From: an uncultured Chthonomonas sp. | GTDB lineage: Bacteria > Armatimonadota > Chthonomonadetes > Chthonomonadales > Chthonomonadaceae | Assembly (NCBI GenBank): GCA_903919615.1 | Contig: CAIXIX010000588.1 | Coordinates: 22,324-86,323 of the forward strand | DNA length: 64,000 bases | Direction of reading: 5' to 3' | Part shown: one piece after another, positions 1 to 8,830 of the stretch | Layout of the letters: the number at the start of each line of letters is the position of its first letter | Numbering within the stretch: the first letter of the stretch is position 1 | Translations under genes and position numbers: made by a program | The notes under the pieces: model-generated | Told to the model about the DNA's origin: nothing | The model's input: the letters and a program-made list of their open reading frames with translations, nothing else | Database searches by the model: none

Positions 1-1259
1 GGTGGCCCGCAAGCTCCCCGGTCGGCGCCGAACGCGTGTGAACGAGTTTTGTCATGGTATCGTCTGTGTTCAAGCCCGGCAACAGCGGCGTCGGTCTAAC
101 TGCCAGCATGCCGCCCTTCGCAGCGACATCGTGATGACACCATCCTGTACCGCAGTTCGCTTTGAACAGCTCTCGGCCTTTGTTTATCAGCACCTGGTCT
201 TTCTCATCGGGCTGACCAAAAACTTCTGCCCATACCGGCGCTTTAAGGTCTTCGATGTATTCGTCGAGTTGCCCAAGCCCCTTTGGATTGATGCTGCCCT
301 TGTACTTCAAGGCGCCTGGTTTAACGTCTACCCGTGCGAACACTCCAATAACTTCGCCGGTGTTTCTGCCGAACCGACTGACCCAATCCTGATTTGGCAC
401 TTCACCATGCCATTGAATGTGATCCTGACGACCGCTGTACCAGAGGAAGGGGAAGCTTACTGGCGCATCCGGAGGGGAGAATGGCTCAACAACGCCAGGA
501 TTGTCGTAGTCGCAAGCCCGGTTGAAGATCACCCCGAATGCGTCAACACGTCCGGAACCCCAGGGATTCGTGGGTGTCGCTAGCTCTACGATCTTCGACA
601 GCTCCGTCGAAAAAGACTTGAATCGTGCCGATATCTCTTCAACTGACTTACCATCGTGCTTCTCAAGCACGCGTTTCGCCAGAGCCTCGAGTTTTGCCGG
701 ATCATTGGCGGTCGCCTGAACAGCCTTGCCGAGATCCTGAAAGAATGTGCCAAGATCGGAGCTTGATGGCGCGCCATCAATAATATAGGTGGTCAACAGC
801 GCGCCAGGCTTGTCCGGTTTGTACGTGAAAGCGCCGGTATGGCAAGCAGCGCAAGTAAGCCCCAGCCAGTGCGGTTCGCTTACGCCATTGATCGTCGCCT
901 TTTCATCCTGGCGGGCGAATCCGATGGGCAGGTTGTCCGGATTGAGATCAGCGTCCGGCAGGGTGGGGTCGTACAACATTCCGTATTTGACAAGATCATC
1001 CTTGAAGAGCTTCTTACCGTCCGGCTCAAGCAGATTGAGAAACCAGTAGTATGGGATCAGCTCCGAACCCTGAGATTCGTAGTGAAAGCGCTTTCGAACC
1101 TTATCTGTCCAGCCCTGATCCAGATATTTGACCGTTAGTACCTGTGCCGAAGTATGAGACTGTGGCGTAGTTTCCTGCTGACGCGGACATCCCAGAATAG
1201 CTAACCCCAGCATTGCTGAGGACAATAAAAGCGCTTTCCCTCCAATTGTTCTGCCCATT
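1..1259 (-). CDS. Haem c-binding lipoprotein, di-haem cytochrome c peroxidase-like; 3' end runs off the window
   Basis: Uninterrupted minus-strand frame from ATG 1259 to base 1. It is missing from the ORF track because it has no stop in the window. GGGAGG lies 5 nt upstream of the ATG. N-terminus MGRTIGGKALLLSSAMLGLAILGC is a lipoprotein signal with lipobox. Haem motif CAACH plus a CGTGWCH variant. Confidence 0.75.
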
Positions 1260-1525
1260 CCGACCTCCCTGGCTGAATGAATCGCATCCGATGCGAAACT
1301 GTGACATTAGAATAATACAGCAAGCGGGGATACAAAAAGCGTTACAAAAAGTGCGAATTGTAGGGAATAGGGATAAGGGATGATGGAACGGTGACGGACG
1401 TGTCACCTGCCGGATAGTGGCGCGGTGCGGATTGTGTTTAGGGGGCGCTGCCCGAAGGGCATTTGTTCCTAGACGCGGCATTCATGCCCTGGTGACAGTC
1501 GTAATCAAATTCCAAACGCTTTTCA

Positions 1526-1558
1526 TCCTCTGGACCGGGCTTTGCCCGGCCCAGAGGA
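1526..1558 (-). terminator. Strong GC-rich hairpin downstream of 1788..3203
   Basis: TCCTCTGGACCGGGC-TTT-GCCCGGCCCAGAGGA with one mismatch. No clear U tract follows. Confidence 0.4.
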
Positions 1559-1702
1559 CGAAAGTTAAGATGGCGCGGCAAGTTACTGGGCTGTGAGCGG
1601 CCCAGCTAAGTACAATTGCCCTGCGGGCGGAATTGGCGTAGGAAACGCGCGCTTCTTTGTTCGTAGATTGCAGCGTGCGAAACGAAAGCTCTATAGGACT
1701 GT

Positions 1703-1768
1703 GCCACTACCAATACATCGCATTAACTTCAAAGACTTCAGAGACATCGAGGACTTCATAGAGCTTCC
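1703..1768 (-). repeat. Post-stop 9-nt-periodic repeat cassette, copy A1
   Basis: Minus sense reads GGAAGCTCTATGAAGTCCTCGATGTCTCTGAAGTCTTTGAAGTTAATGCGATGTATTGGTAGTGGC. It begins about 20 nt after stop 1788. Confidence 0.8.
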
Positions 1769-1787
1769 CATACAGAGGCCTTCCCAT

Positions 1788-3203
1788 TCACAGTCCTGAC
1801 CTACTAATTTCCAAAATCGCGCCACTACCTGGCGTCAGGCTAACCGTGAAGGTCCGGCTGCCGTCGGTAAGCACGTGTATGCTCGGGTTAGATCGACCAA
1901 GCACATCCCGCACCTTGCGGATTCTCGTGTGCGCCGTTAGCATCGCCTCCGCGGGCCGATCGAAATCGGGATTTACCACCACTACGAACATCCGACCGGT
2001 TTTCGGATCCTCGAACGAGCCCGTCTGAGTGCCACCCGCAGCAGTGAGCCAATCCGTCTCGATACGCTTAAGGCGCCTCAACAGCTCCCTTTGCCGACCC
2101 AAAGCGACATATAGCGCCGACATCTCGCTGAACTGAGAGGTTGCCAGCCCGTTCTGGTCCAGCAGTGATGCAGGGCCGACCGGTGTTGGCTGGCGCACAA
2201 TAAGGGATTGCAGGGCAGGATCGGTGATGGGAGCAGCTTTCTCGTTGGATTCGCCGGGGCCGAGCAGGCAGAAGAACACTGTGCCTTTCACTCCAAGTCG
2301 AAGCCCCTCCCAGATCTGCCAGCGGATCTCGGCAGGCGTAGGGGTACGCCAATGCACGAACGCACCCGGCAATGCGGTGAGTGACCCATTTCTCTCCTGC
2401 CTGTATGGTCCCCAAATCTCGTTGTAGCACTGCGGCATCAGCAGCCCGGTCCGGCCGTCCTTACCGGCTGCATCCACCATTGCCTGCGCATTGGATGTTA
2501 AGAAGTTACGGGATGAATCGGGCCTGTTGGGTCCATTGGGATTGCCTGCAGAGAAGAAGGGGTAGAGGTCCACACAGAAGGTAGTTAGCCGCGTCTTCGC
2601 GACGAGGTTCGGCGTGTCCACCCACATCGAGACAGCCGTGACGGGGCGTTCGGGATCCGCCTCAACGAAGATCTGGCGCATGGGCTCCATCAGATCTGCG
2701 AAAGGGCCGGATGGTTCGTCGCACAGCACCCAGGCCCGGATGTTGGCCCGTTCCGGACCCAACTCCTGAACGACCTGCGGGATCGTCTTGCGGTAGTACT
2801 CGATCGCCTTCGCATGGAAATCGGCCTGCTTCGGGTCCATGCCCATCGTCCCACCGCAGTTATGCGGCTCGATCTCGCCGATACACGGCAGAAGCTCTAT
2901 ATGTGCCTTGCCCGCGATGGCAGCGAGTCTCTTCGTATCGCTACTGCCGATGTTCACAACCCAGATCGTGTTGACACCGCTTCGCCCAAGCATCTCGCAT
3001 GTCTGCTGCACGAAAGCCCACTTCTCAACACCGACGTTGTTCGCGATGCGATCGGTCCGTTCCCATGGCCAGTAGACGCCGAACACAAAAGACGCAATTG
3101 GAGCCTGCGCTGAATGTAGCGCTGGCCCATCTGCCGAATCGGCCAATACTAGCGATCCGGCGCATAGTATCGCCAGAATCACCAACACGCTCAACACTCG
3201 CAT
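1788..3203 (-). CDS. Secreted glycoside-hydrolase-like TIM-barrel protein (family not assigned)
   Basis: Track ORF 1788..3395 trimmed to ATG 3203, which has GGAGGG 7 nt upstream. The product then opens with signal peptide MRVLSVLVILAILCAGSLVLA. The hydrolase-like call is by eye only. Confidence 0.7.
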   Translation of the reverse strand: MRVLSVLVILAILCAGSLVLADSADGPALHSAQAPIASFVFGVYWPWERTDRIANNVGVEKWAFVQQTCEMLGRSGVNTIWVVNIGSSDTKRLAAIAGKAHIELLPCIGEIEPHNCGGTMGMDPKQADFHAKAIEYYRKTIPQVVQELGPERANIRAWVLCDEPSGPFADLMEPMRQIFVEADPERPVTAVSMWVDTPNLVAKTRLTTFCVDLYPFFSAGNPNGPNRPDSSRNFLTSNAQAMVDAAGKDGRTGLLMPQCYNEIWGPYRQERNGSLTALPGAFVHWRTPTPAEIRWQIWEGLRLGVKGTVFFCLLGPGESNEKAAPITDPALQSLIVRQPTPVGPASLLDQNGLATSQFSEMSALYVALGRQRELLRRLKRIETDWLTAAGGTQTGSFEDPKTGRMFVVVVNPDFDRPAEAMLTAHTRIRKVRDVLGRSNPSIHVLTDGSRTFTVSLTPGSGAILEISRSGL

Positions 3204-3374
3204 CCGAACACCCTCCGATTGCCGGTCGCTTGAAGACCGTTCCCTGCTGGGCAACGATTGTCCTGCGAGGGGACGTAGAAGAGTCTGACGCATAGTCGCA
3301 AAGACGCCAAAATTTGGGTTTGGCGCTGGCCGGAATAGAGCTTCGTGCAACCCAAATGCGGCGCTGCAAGCGGC

Positions 3375-3439
3375 GCCACTACCAATACATCGCACTCAAT
3401 AGCATCAACCTCAAAGACCTCATAGACTTCAAGACTTGA
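3375..3439 (-). repeat. Post-stop 9-nt-periodic repeat cassette, copy A2
   Basis: Minus sense reads TCAAGTCTTGAAGTCTATGAGGTCTTTGAGGTTGATGCTATTGAGTGCGATGTATTGGTAGTGGC. It abuts stop codon 3440-3442. Confidence 0.8.
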
Positions 3440-3922
3440 CTATCCGTTCGCGCTAAACACCACTAGCTCAATCGGCGCATCTGCGGGTGAACCGTCGGTC
3501 AGCCGCTTTAGGACGGCAGGGCTCAGACTGCCAGTGAGGCTCTTCCGATCGGACCGCAGCCGGAATGGAAGGGCGACGGGCATTCCGTTCGGCCCGACTA
3601 CCACAATCCCGAGTCCAACCGGGTGTTGTAACCCGTTAAAGGGAATCGTGATCGTTAGCGGATCGGAAGCAGCGGCCAGGCGTGTGTGGATGCTTTGCGA
3701 AAGCGTAAGGGTGGCGCGCAGATATTTGTTAGAACATGCGCCGCGATGAGCATCCGAAAATTGATTGGAAGAGATCCTTATCCCAATTTCGCTCTCATCC
3801 CAATCGATGCTTACAGGTACATGGAGACGCACATCAAACAGATTGGAGGCGATCCAGAGCTCGCTGGCAATTATGCCAAGCTGATTCATTCGCTGTGTTA
3901 AGTCGCTGACAAAAGCATGCAT
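3440..3922 (-). CDS. Hypothetical protein, no signal peptide
   Basis: Track ORF 3440..3958 begins at TTG. Internal ATG 3922 has GGAGGG 7 nt upstream. No recognisable domain. Confidence 0.55.
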   Translation of the reverse strand: MHAFVSDLTQRMNQLGIIASELWIASNLFDVRLHVPVSIDWDESEIGIRISSNQFSDAHRGACSNKYLRATLTLSQSIHTRLAAASDPLTITIPFNGLQHPVGLGIVVVGPNGMPVALPFRLRSDRKSLTGSLSPAVLKRLTDGSPADAPIELVVFSANG

Positions 3923-4048
3923 CCCAACGCCCTCCAATTCACATCTGTAACGACTCAATCGCAGAAATCGGGCATATTCTTACAACAAGCGATCAGATAA
4001 GCAGATTTAGCCGCAATAAGACGTAGAAGGCACAAAATTCGGGATTGA

Positions 4049-4102
4049 TACCTGCATCTACTTCATCGACATCAAAGACTTCAAAGACGTTTTAGACCTT
4101 CC
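4049..4102 (-). repeat. Post-stop 9-nt-periodic repeat cassette, copy A3
   Basis: Minus sense reads GGAAGGTCTAAAACGTCTTTGAAGTCTTTGATGTCGATGAAGTAGATGCAGGTA. It starts 4 nt after stop 4107-4109. Confidence 0.8.
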
Positions 4103-4106
4103 TAAT

Positions 4107-6854
4107 TCACTTCCCATAATGCACAACCAAATCATTCACCGATACGGCTTTGCCGGCCCCAATCGCAAAAAGCACGAGATTGAAGCGCTTCTTGCCGGTC
4201 CATTTGAGGAGCTGTGCAAGGTTGTAGCTGAACCTGCCCGATTGGCCGGTATCGCCCTGAACGATGAGATCGACTGCGAGCGTTCCATCATTTGCCTTTA
4301 GCGCCCAGGCGCCCTCAATGCTCGGAATACCGATTTCAAGGATGGGGTTCCGATCGAAATCGATCTCGACGCTGTGGTTGGCAGCCGCGTAGTCAGCAGT
4401 GGTCCGCAGCTTTACTATGCCATCCTTCGCGGTTAAGGTCGCGCCGCTGCCTGCGGTCCATCCTTCAGCGCTGCTGAAATCGGCAAGTCGCTTCGTCTCT
4501 GCGTAGACCGTAAGCTTCGCAGAGCGAACTGCGCCCCAGCGCAGATCCTTGCAGGTTATGGTGGCGCTGCCATCGCTTGGCGCTGCACCGACGTTGATGA
4601 CCATCTGTTTGTGCAGCGATGTCCCCTTCCCAATGGGACCATGCTCCCACACCGGCGGCTCTGAACTCCAACCTGCGGGCAGCTGAAGACTCACTCGGCC
4701 GCCCTCTCCCGCGTTTCCATCTGGATTGCAGAGCGTTACATGAGCGTGGATCTGCGTTCCGGGCGATGCGCCTACACTCTCCACCTGAAACTGCAGCTTG
4801 CCCGCCTCTTTCGCCAATGCTGACATCTGATCGACCCCGATTACCTCGAACTTATCGGCAGGCAGGCGGCGCTGTATCTCTGCAACCTGCGCCGGGAAAT
4901 CGGGATTGACGTTGCCGTAACAGAGGATGAAGTAGGGCGCTTCGTGCACAGCTGCGACATCGCGAATGAGGTTGGTCACGATACCAGCCGGGTCTGCCCC
5001 CTTCGGTTCGTAGTAGTAGAGCCGGGAATCGGCGCTGATCACCGGGATACCGTCCTCCAGCCAGGCGTTGCGCGCCGCGCCTACCGTCTGCTGGGTGAAA
5101 CAGCTCGCGTGGACGCGTTGATTGAACGCCGCGTACTTGTCCAACTGTATCGCATTCTCCCAGATATCCACCACCGCGGGCCCGTAATCCTTGAGGCATC
5201 GGCCCGCATGTGCAGCATAGTCCGCCGTGTTCGGCATATGCCACGGGTAGCAGTAGCCGGCCCCGCTGCATCCGGCGAAGAAGCTATCCTGCTCGGTTGC
5301 TGTGCTGGCGTAGTACTCGATAAGCGCGGGCGCGAAGTCGGCAATGTGCGGGTCGATCCCCCACGCGATTGGCGCCTTACCGCGCACTGGATTGATCCAT
5401 GCAGACGCCATCAAGCCGCTCAGGATCTTCGGCGTATCGCCCTCGTTGGTCTGAAACACAACATAATATTTCGGCTTGAGCGCCACAGATGCAGGTGTGC
5501 GAACAGGGATACGCGGCCTTGAAGTGGGGATCTTCGCCCAGAAGCTCATGTTCGGCGCGCCGCAGCACATTACAAAGTTTCCATCGGCGGAGATGCGGCC
5601 GCAGTACTGATCCTCTGGCTCGGCCCAACCGAAGACACCGGAGGGGCGATCGAGTCGGCTCATGATCTCATCGAACAGCTTTGCCTGGTTCACATAGCCG
5701 GGAAGCTGTTTGCCATCGTGCTGCCAGGGCTTGCCGACGGGTGAAAGATTGAAACAGAAGGCCTTCTGCGCGATCGGATAGTCGAGCCCGATGGTGATAC
5801 CAGGATCTCCGCCCAGCCAGGAGTCGTCGTGCGTATGGCCACCGCTAAAGGCAAGTTTGCGCGTGCAGCCAGCCATTAAGTTGTCGATTGCCCAGCGATA
5901 CGCGGTTGGATCGTCGGTCCATCTACCACGCAGATCTTCAACGATGGGCAGTCCGGCGAAGCAGTCTGGCGCCTTCTCCATCGTCGAAGCGAACGGCCTG
6001 CCATCGGCATCGAGCAGCCGCACACGGCTGATCACCACCGCCGAATCTGCGCCAACTGCAAAGAGGCGCAGCGTCACGCGACCGTCCTTTGTCATTACCG
6101 CGCCGCGCAGATCCTGGCGGATCACGCCTGTGCGGTCATTCTCTCGAATCAGTTCGGTATCGACTGAGCCGCCCTCGCCAATCTTTGCGGCCCACAGACC
6201 TTTACAGGATGCGACCGTCACCTCAAGAATGGGAGAACGGTCCCGATGGAGCAGGATAGGGCGATCGATAGCGCCGTAGGGCGGAGTCGGGCCAATGACG
6301 GTGACCTTTAGCCCCTCCGAAGTCTTTTCGGCGCGCGCGCCAGCGCCATGCCATAACGTTGGCTGCTGCATCGAATCGTCGGTCCAGCCGAGCCCCGCTG
6401 ATAGCGCAGGAGTGCGGTATGCCAGGATATCGGGCGTGACGGGCAGCAGATTCTTCTGCGCACAGAGCGTAAGCGCGACGTAGCGGGACGCATCCCGCGC
6501 GGGATCGTACAGCGCCAGGCCTTTAGCGCTGGCCTTAAAATGCTCGATGGTCTCGCGCATTCCGCCCAGCGGATGGAAGTTGAACCCCTTCTTATCGTGA
6601 AGGTAGTTCATCCAGTACTTATCGGAGGTTGGGCACTGCCAGAAGACGGAGTTGGTATCCAGAAAAAGGCGAGGCTCATCGCGATTGACCAGCCCCTGCA
6701 GCGTGTAGATGAGGCACTCCTCGTCGTAGGTCGCGGCCTGCAGTTCCATGGTATAGGCGTCATCCGCGGATGCATTTCGATAAGTAAACAGCAGGAGCGA
6801 TGCGGCGGCGAACAGGGTGACGAGGGCAGAGCGAAGAGACAATCGGGCTGTCAT
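4107..6854 (-). CDS. Secreted GxGYxYP-family putative glycoside hydrolase with C-terminal beta-sandwich domains
   Basis: GxGYxYP motif GAGYCYP in FFAGCSGAGYCYPWHMP. Signal peptide MTARLSLRSALVTLFAAASLLLFTYRNASA from ATG 6854 (track start 6887 is TTG). Confidence 0.8.
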   Translation of the reverse strand: MTARLSLRSALVTLFAAASLLLFTYRNASADDAYTMELQAATYDEECLIYTLQGLVNRDEPRLFLDTNSVFWQCPTSDKYWMNYLHDKKGFNFHPLGGMRETIEHFKASAKGLALYDPARDASRYVALTLCAQKNLLPVTPDILAYRTPALSAGLGWTDDSMQQPTLWHGAGARAEKTSEGLKVTVIGPTPPYGAIDRPILLHRDRSPILEVTVASCKGLWAAKIGEGGSVDTELIRENDRTGVIRQDLRGAVMTKDGRVTLRLFAVGADSAVVISRVRLLDADGRPFASTMEKAPDCFAGLPIVEDLRGRWTDDPTAYRWAIDNLMAGCTRKLAFSGGHTHDDSWLGGDPGITIGLDYPIAQKAFCFNLSPVGKPWQHDGKQLPGYVNQAKLFDEIMSRLDRPSGVFGWAEPEDQYCGRISADGNFVMCCGAPNMSFWAKIPTSRPRIPVRTPASVALKPKYYVVFQTNEGDTPKILSGLMASAWINPVRGKAPIAWGIDPHIADFAPALIEYYASTATEQDSFFAGCSGAGYCYPWHMPNTADYAAHAGRCLKDYGPAVVDIWENAIQLDKYAAFNQRVHASCFTQQTVGAARNAWLEDGIPVISADSRLYYYEPKGADPAGIVTNLIRDVAAVHEAPYFILCYGNVNPDFPAQVAEIQRRLPADKFEVIGVDQMSALAKEAGKLQFQVESVGASPGTQIHAHVTLCNPDGNAGEGGRVSLQLPAGWSSEPPVWEHGPIGKGTSLHKQMVINVGAAPSDGSATITCKDLRWGAVRSAKLTVYAETKRLADFSSAEGWTAGSGATLTAKDGIVKLRTTADYAAANHSVEIDFDRNPILEIGIPSIEGAWALKANDGTLAVDLIVQGDTGQSGRFSYNLAQLLKWTGKKRFNLVLFAIGAGKAVSVNDLVVHYGK

Positions 6855-6916
6855 AGCATGAACCTCACAGGTACTGAAACAATGCAACTACTGTGAAGAT
6901 TATACTAGCAGGCGGA

Positions 6917-6949
6917 GGACAGGTGTTGGGTGTTGGGCTTTAGGACGGA
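6917..6949 (+). repeat. G/T-rich short tandem tract, copy B1
   Basis: GGACAGGTGTTGGGTGTTGGGCTTTAGGACGGA, lying 32 nt beyond stop 6981 of a minus-strand gene. Confidence 0.7.
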
Positions 6950-6980
6950 CATTGCGCCTGCCGGATGGCGAGGCGATTCC

Positions 6981-7895
6981 CTACTCCGCGCTCTCACTAC
7001 CGCTCCCTGCACGAAGCAGCTGTTCTGGAGGTGTGGTGGGGTTGTAGCTTGTGGGTCTCAATAGCTGTTGCGGGGCGGTGCCACCGGAGGATGCACGCAG
7101 CAGAACCTGCGGGCTCTCCTGCCGCTGCTTTGCAGCCTGTAGCAGTGGCAGCGCTTCGTTTGCTGCCTGGCTAACGGCGCGTCCGTTCTCAGTGGAAGCA
7201 CGGCGCAATGCGAGCTGCTCTATGATATTGAGGGAGCTGGTGTCTTCGATGGCGGCCAACGCAGGAATTAGCGTGAGCATGAGGCTCGTTTCGGTATTTG
7301 GGTCGCTGCCTGCGAGCAAAGCCTGCAATGCGCGTCGCTGAGATGCGGTCACAAACTCGATATCTTCGCTCGTGAGCAATGGCAGCAGCCGCATGAGGGC
7401 GCGCACGATTGCGGTGCGAGAGTTGATATCGCGCGCTCCAAGGGCATCTGCGAGCGGCCCTACCGCGCGCTTATCATCCAGTTGTGATAGTGCTGTGATT
7501 ACGGAAGCGTATTCTGTGGGGGGAGCCAGCAGCCCTATGAGGCCGAGACAACCAGAAAGGCCACTGAGTCCGCTGAGTGCAACGTAGTGGTGCGTCAGAA
7601 CAAGGGCGGTCGCAATGGCAGCGCCAACAGCGCCAATGCCACCCATGAAGATCCAGAAAAAGCGCACACTGCGCTTGCGAACGGCTGATATGCAGATGAG
7701 AGAATCGAGCAGAAGCTGCGCACCTTCGGGACCCATCTCCCTTAAACGCTCCTCCATCGCAATGCGTACGCCAACTTTCGGGCTGATGAGCCCGTTGAGG
7801 ATCTCTTGCTGCTGCTGCGTATAGATTTTGCTGTTAACTTTACGGATCATCTTCATAACCGCATCGCCACTCCCTGTGCCAAATCTTCTACTCAT
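6981..7895 (-). CDS. Membrane protein with HEAT-like repeats and triple C-terminal LLRA motif (paralog 1)
   Basis: 304-aa ORF with central hydrophobic segments (FFWIFMGGIGAVGAAIATALVL, LSGLSGCLGLIGLL) and HEAT/PBS-lyase-like helices (AVGPLADALGARDINSRTAIVRALMRLLP). Tail reads VLLRAS..QQLLRP..EQLLRAG. The ATG overlaps the upstream paralog stop by 8 nt. Confidence 0.75.
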   Translation of the reverse strand: MSRRFGTGSGDAVMKMIRKVNSKIYTQQQQEILNGLISPKVGVRIAMEERLREMGPEGAQLLLDSLICISAVRKRSVRFFWIFMGGIGAVGAAIATALVLTHHYVALSGLSGLSGCLGLIGLLAPPTEYASVITALSQLDDKRAVGPLADALGARDINSRTAIVRALMRLLPLLTSEDIEFVTASQRRALQALLAGSDPNTETSLMLTLIPALAAIEDTSSLNIIEQLALRRASTENGRAVSQAANEALPLLQAAKQRQESPQVLLRASSGGTAPQQLLRPTSYNPTTPPEQLLRAGSGSESAE

Positions 7896-8754
7896 CCTCT
7901 GTCGGCCCTGTGCCGGCCCTCAAAAGTTGCTCCGGCTGTTCGGCGCGCACTCCCGCTGTTGCGCGCAGCAGCTGTTCCGGAGGAGCGGCATTTGCGGATG
8001 CTCGCAGCAGCCACTGTGGATCATCCTGCCGAAGTTTCGCTGCCTGCAGAAGCCGTGAGGTTTCATTCGCTGCATCCACCACCCGCTGTTCATTATCGGT
8101 TTGTGGGTGGCGTGCTGCGATCCTCCCGATCAGGCTTAGAGAGGCAACATCCTCCGCCTTCGAAAGGGTCTTCATAAGATCCACCATCAGGTCCGCCTCG
8201 AGATCCGGTACGGATCCTGTCAGCAGTCCGCGCAAGGCAGTCCGCTGAGTGATAGTGAGCGCTGCCGCATCTTCTGCGGTGACCTGCGGCATCAGCTGCA
8301 TCAAAGCGCGGACGACTGCTGCCCGCGAATTAATCTCGCGGATGCTCAAGGCATCGGCCAGAGCGCCTACTGCTCGACAATCATTGAGTTGAGAAAGGGC
8401 GTTGATCACCTGATAGTATCCCGGGCGTGGGCCCATAAACGCGCCCAGCCCAAGGAAACCAAATATCCCGAACAGGCCTGTGAGGCTCATGGCGTTGCCG
8501 GAGAGGGCGCTTATCGCGACAAAAGTAACCATGGCTACCCCGATGCCAGCGATCATAACCCACGTCAGGCGTGCAGCATGACCGCGCTGCTGCCCCATCC
8601 GCCTCAGAATATCCAGTAGGATCTCGGCGCCGCGTGGGCCCATCTCCTGCAGGCGGCGTTCGGTGGTGATTCTGTATCCCACATGTTTACTTGTGAGTCC
8701 GGCCAGGATCTCCTGATGTTCCACGGTGAGATCGAGCGATTCGGTTTTGCGCAT
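7888..8754 (-). CDS. Membrane protein with HEAT-like repeats and triple C-terminal LLRA motif (paralog 2)
   Basis: 288-aa ORF that aligns by eye with 6981..7895 along its whole length (AVGALADALSIREINSRAAVVRALMQLMP). Tail reads WLLRAS..EQLLRAT..EQLLRAG. Confidence 0.75.
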   Translation of the reverse strand: MRKTESLDLTVEHQEILAGLTSKHVGYRITTERRLQEMGPRGAEILLDILRRMGQQRGHAARLTWVMIAGIGVAMVTFVAISALSGNAMSLTGLFGIFGFLGLGAFMGPRPGYYQVINALSQLNDCRAVGALADALSIREINSRAAVVRALMQLMPQVTAEDAAALTITQRTALRGLLTGSVPDLEADLMVDLMKTLSKAEDVASLSLIGRIAARHPQTDNEQRVVDAANETSRLLQAAKLRQDDPQWLLRASANAAPPEQLLRATAGVRAEQPEQLLRAGTGPTEDE

Positions 8755-8830
8755 GAGACCGCCTTCTTCCGGAAATCAAACCGGTTCACCCACAATACGG
8801 TGAGGGTTCAGGGTTGGTTTTATGGAATTC

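Noticed and set aside
2-583. 193-aa plus-strand ORF at the left edge, and the smaller plus-strand ORFs up to 1138.
   Set aside because: The opposite strand carries an uninterrupted frame with an RBS, a lipobox and a haem motif. The plus-strand products are low-complexity and Arg-rich, as expected for the antisense of a GC-rich gene.
1290-1345. AACGCTT...CCCGCTT upstream of the haem lipoprotein gene, as another CACGCTT box.
   Set aside because: The start-to-start spacing is 15 nt rather than 12, the second heptamer is poor, and the gene is not a PEP-CTERM gene. I treat it as chance similarity.
4944-5522. Long antisense ORFs inside large genes. Examples: 4944..5522, 5791..6279, 12316..13065, 18725..19312, 23585..24379, 25750..26274, 38576..39148, 48216..48659.
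   Set aside because: Each lies fully inside a longer ORF on the other strand that has recognisable domains. The antisense ORFs have no RBS or signal and an Arg/Ser/Pro-rich composition typical of antisense frames.
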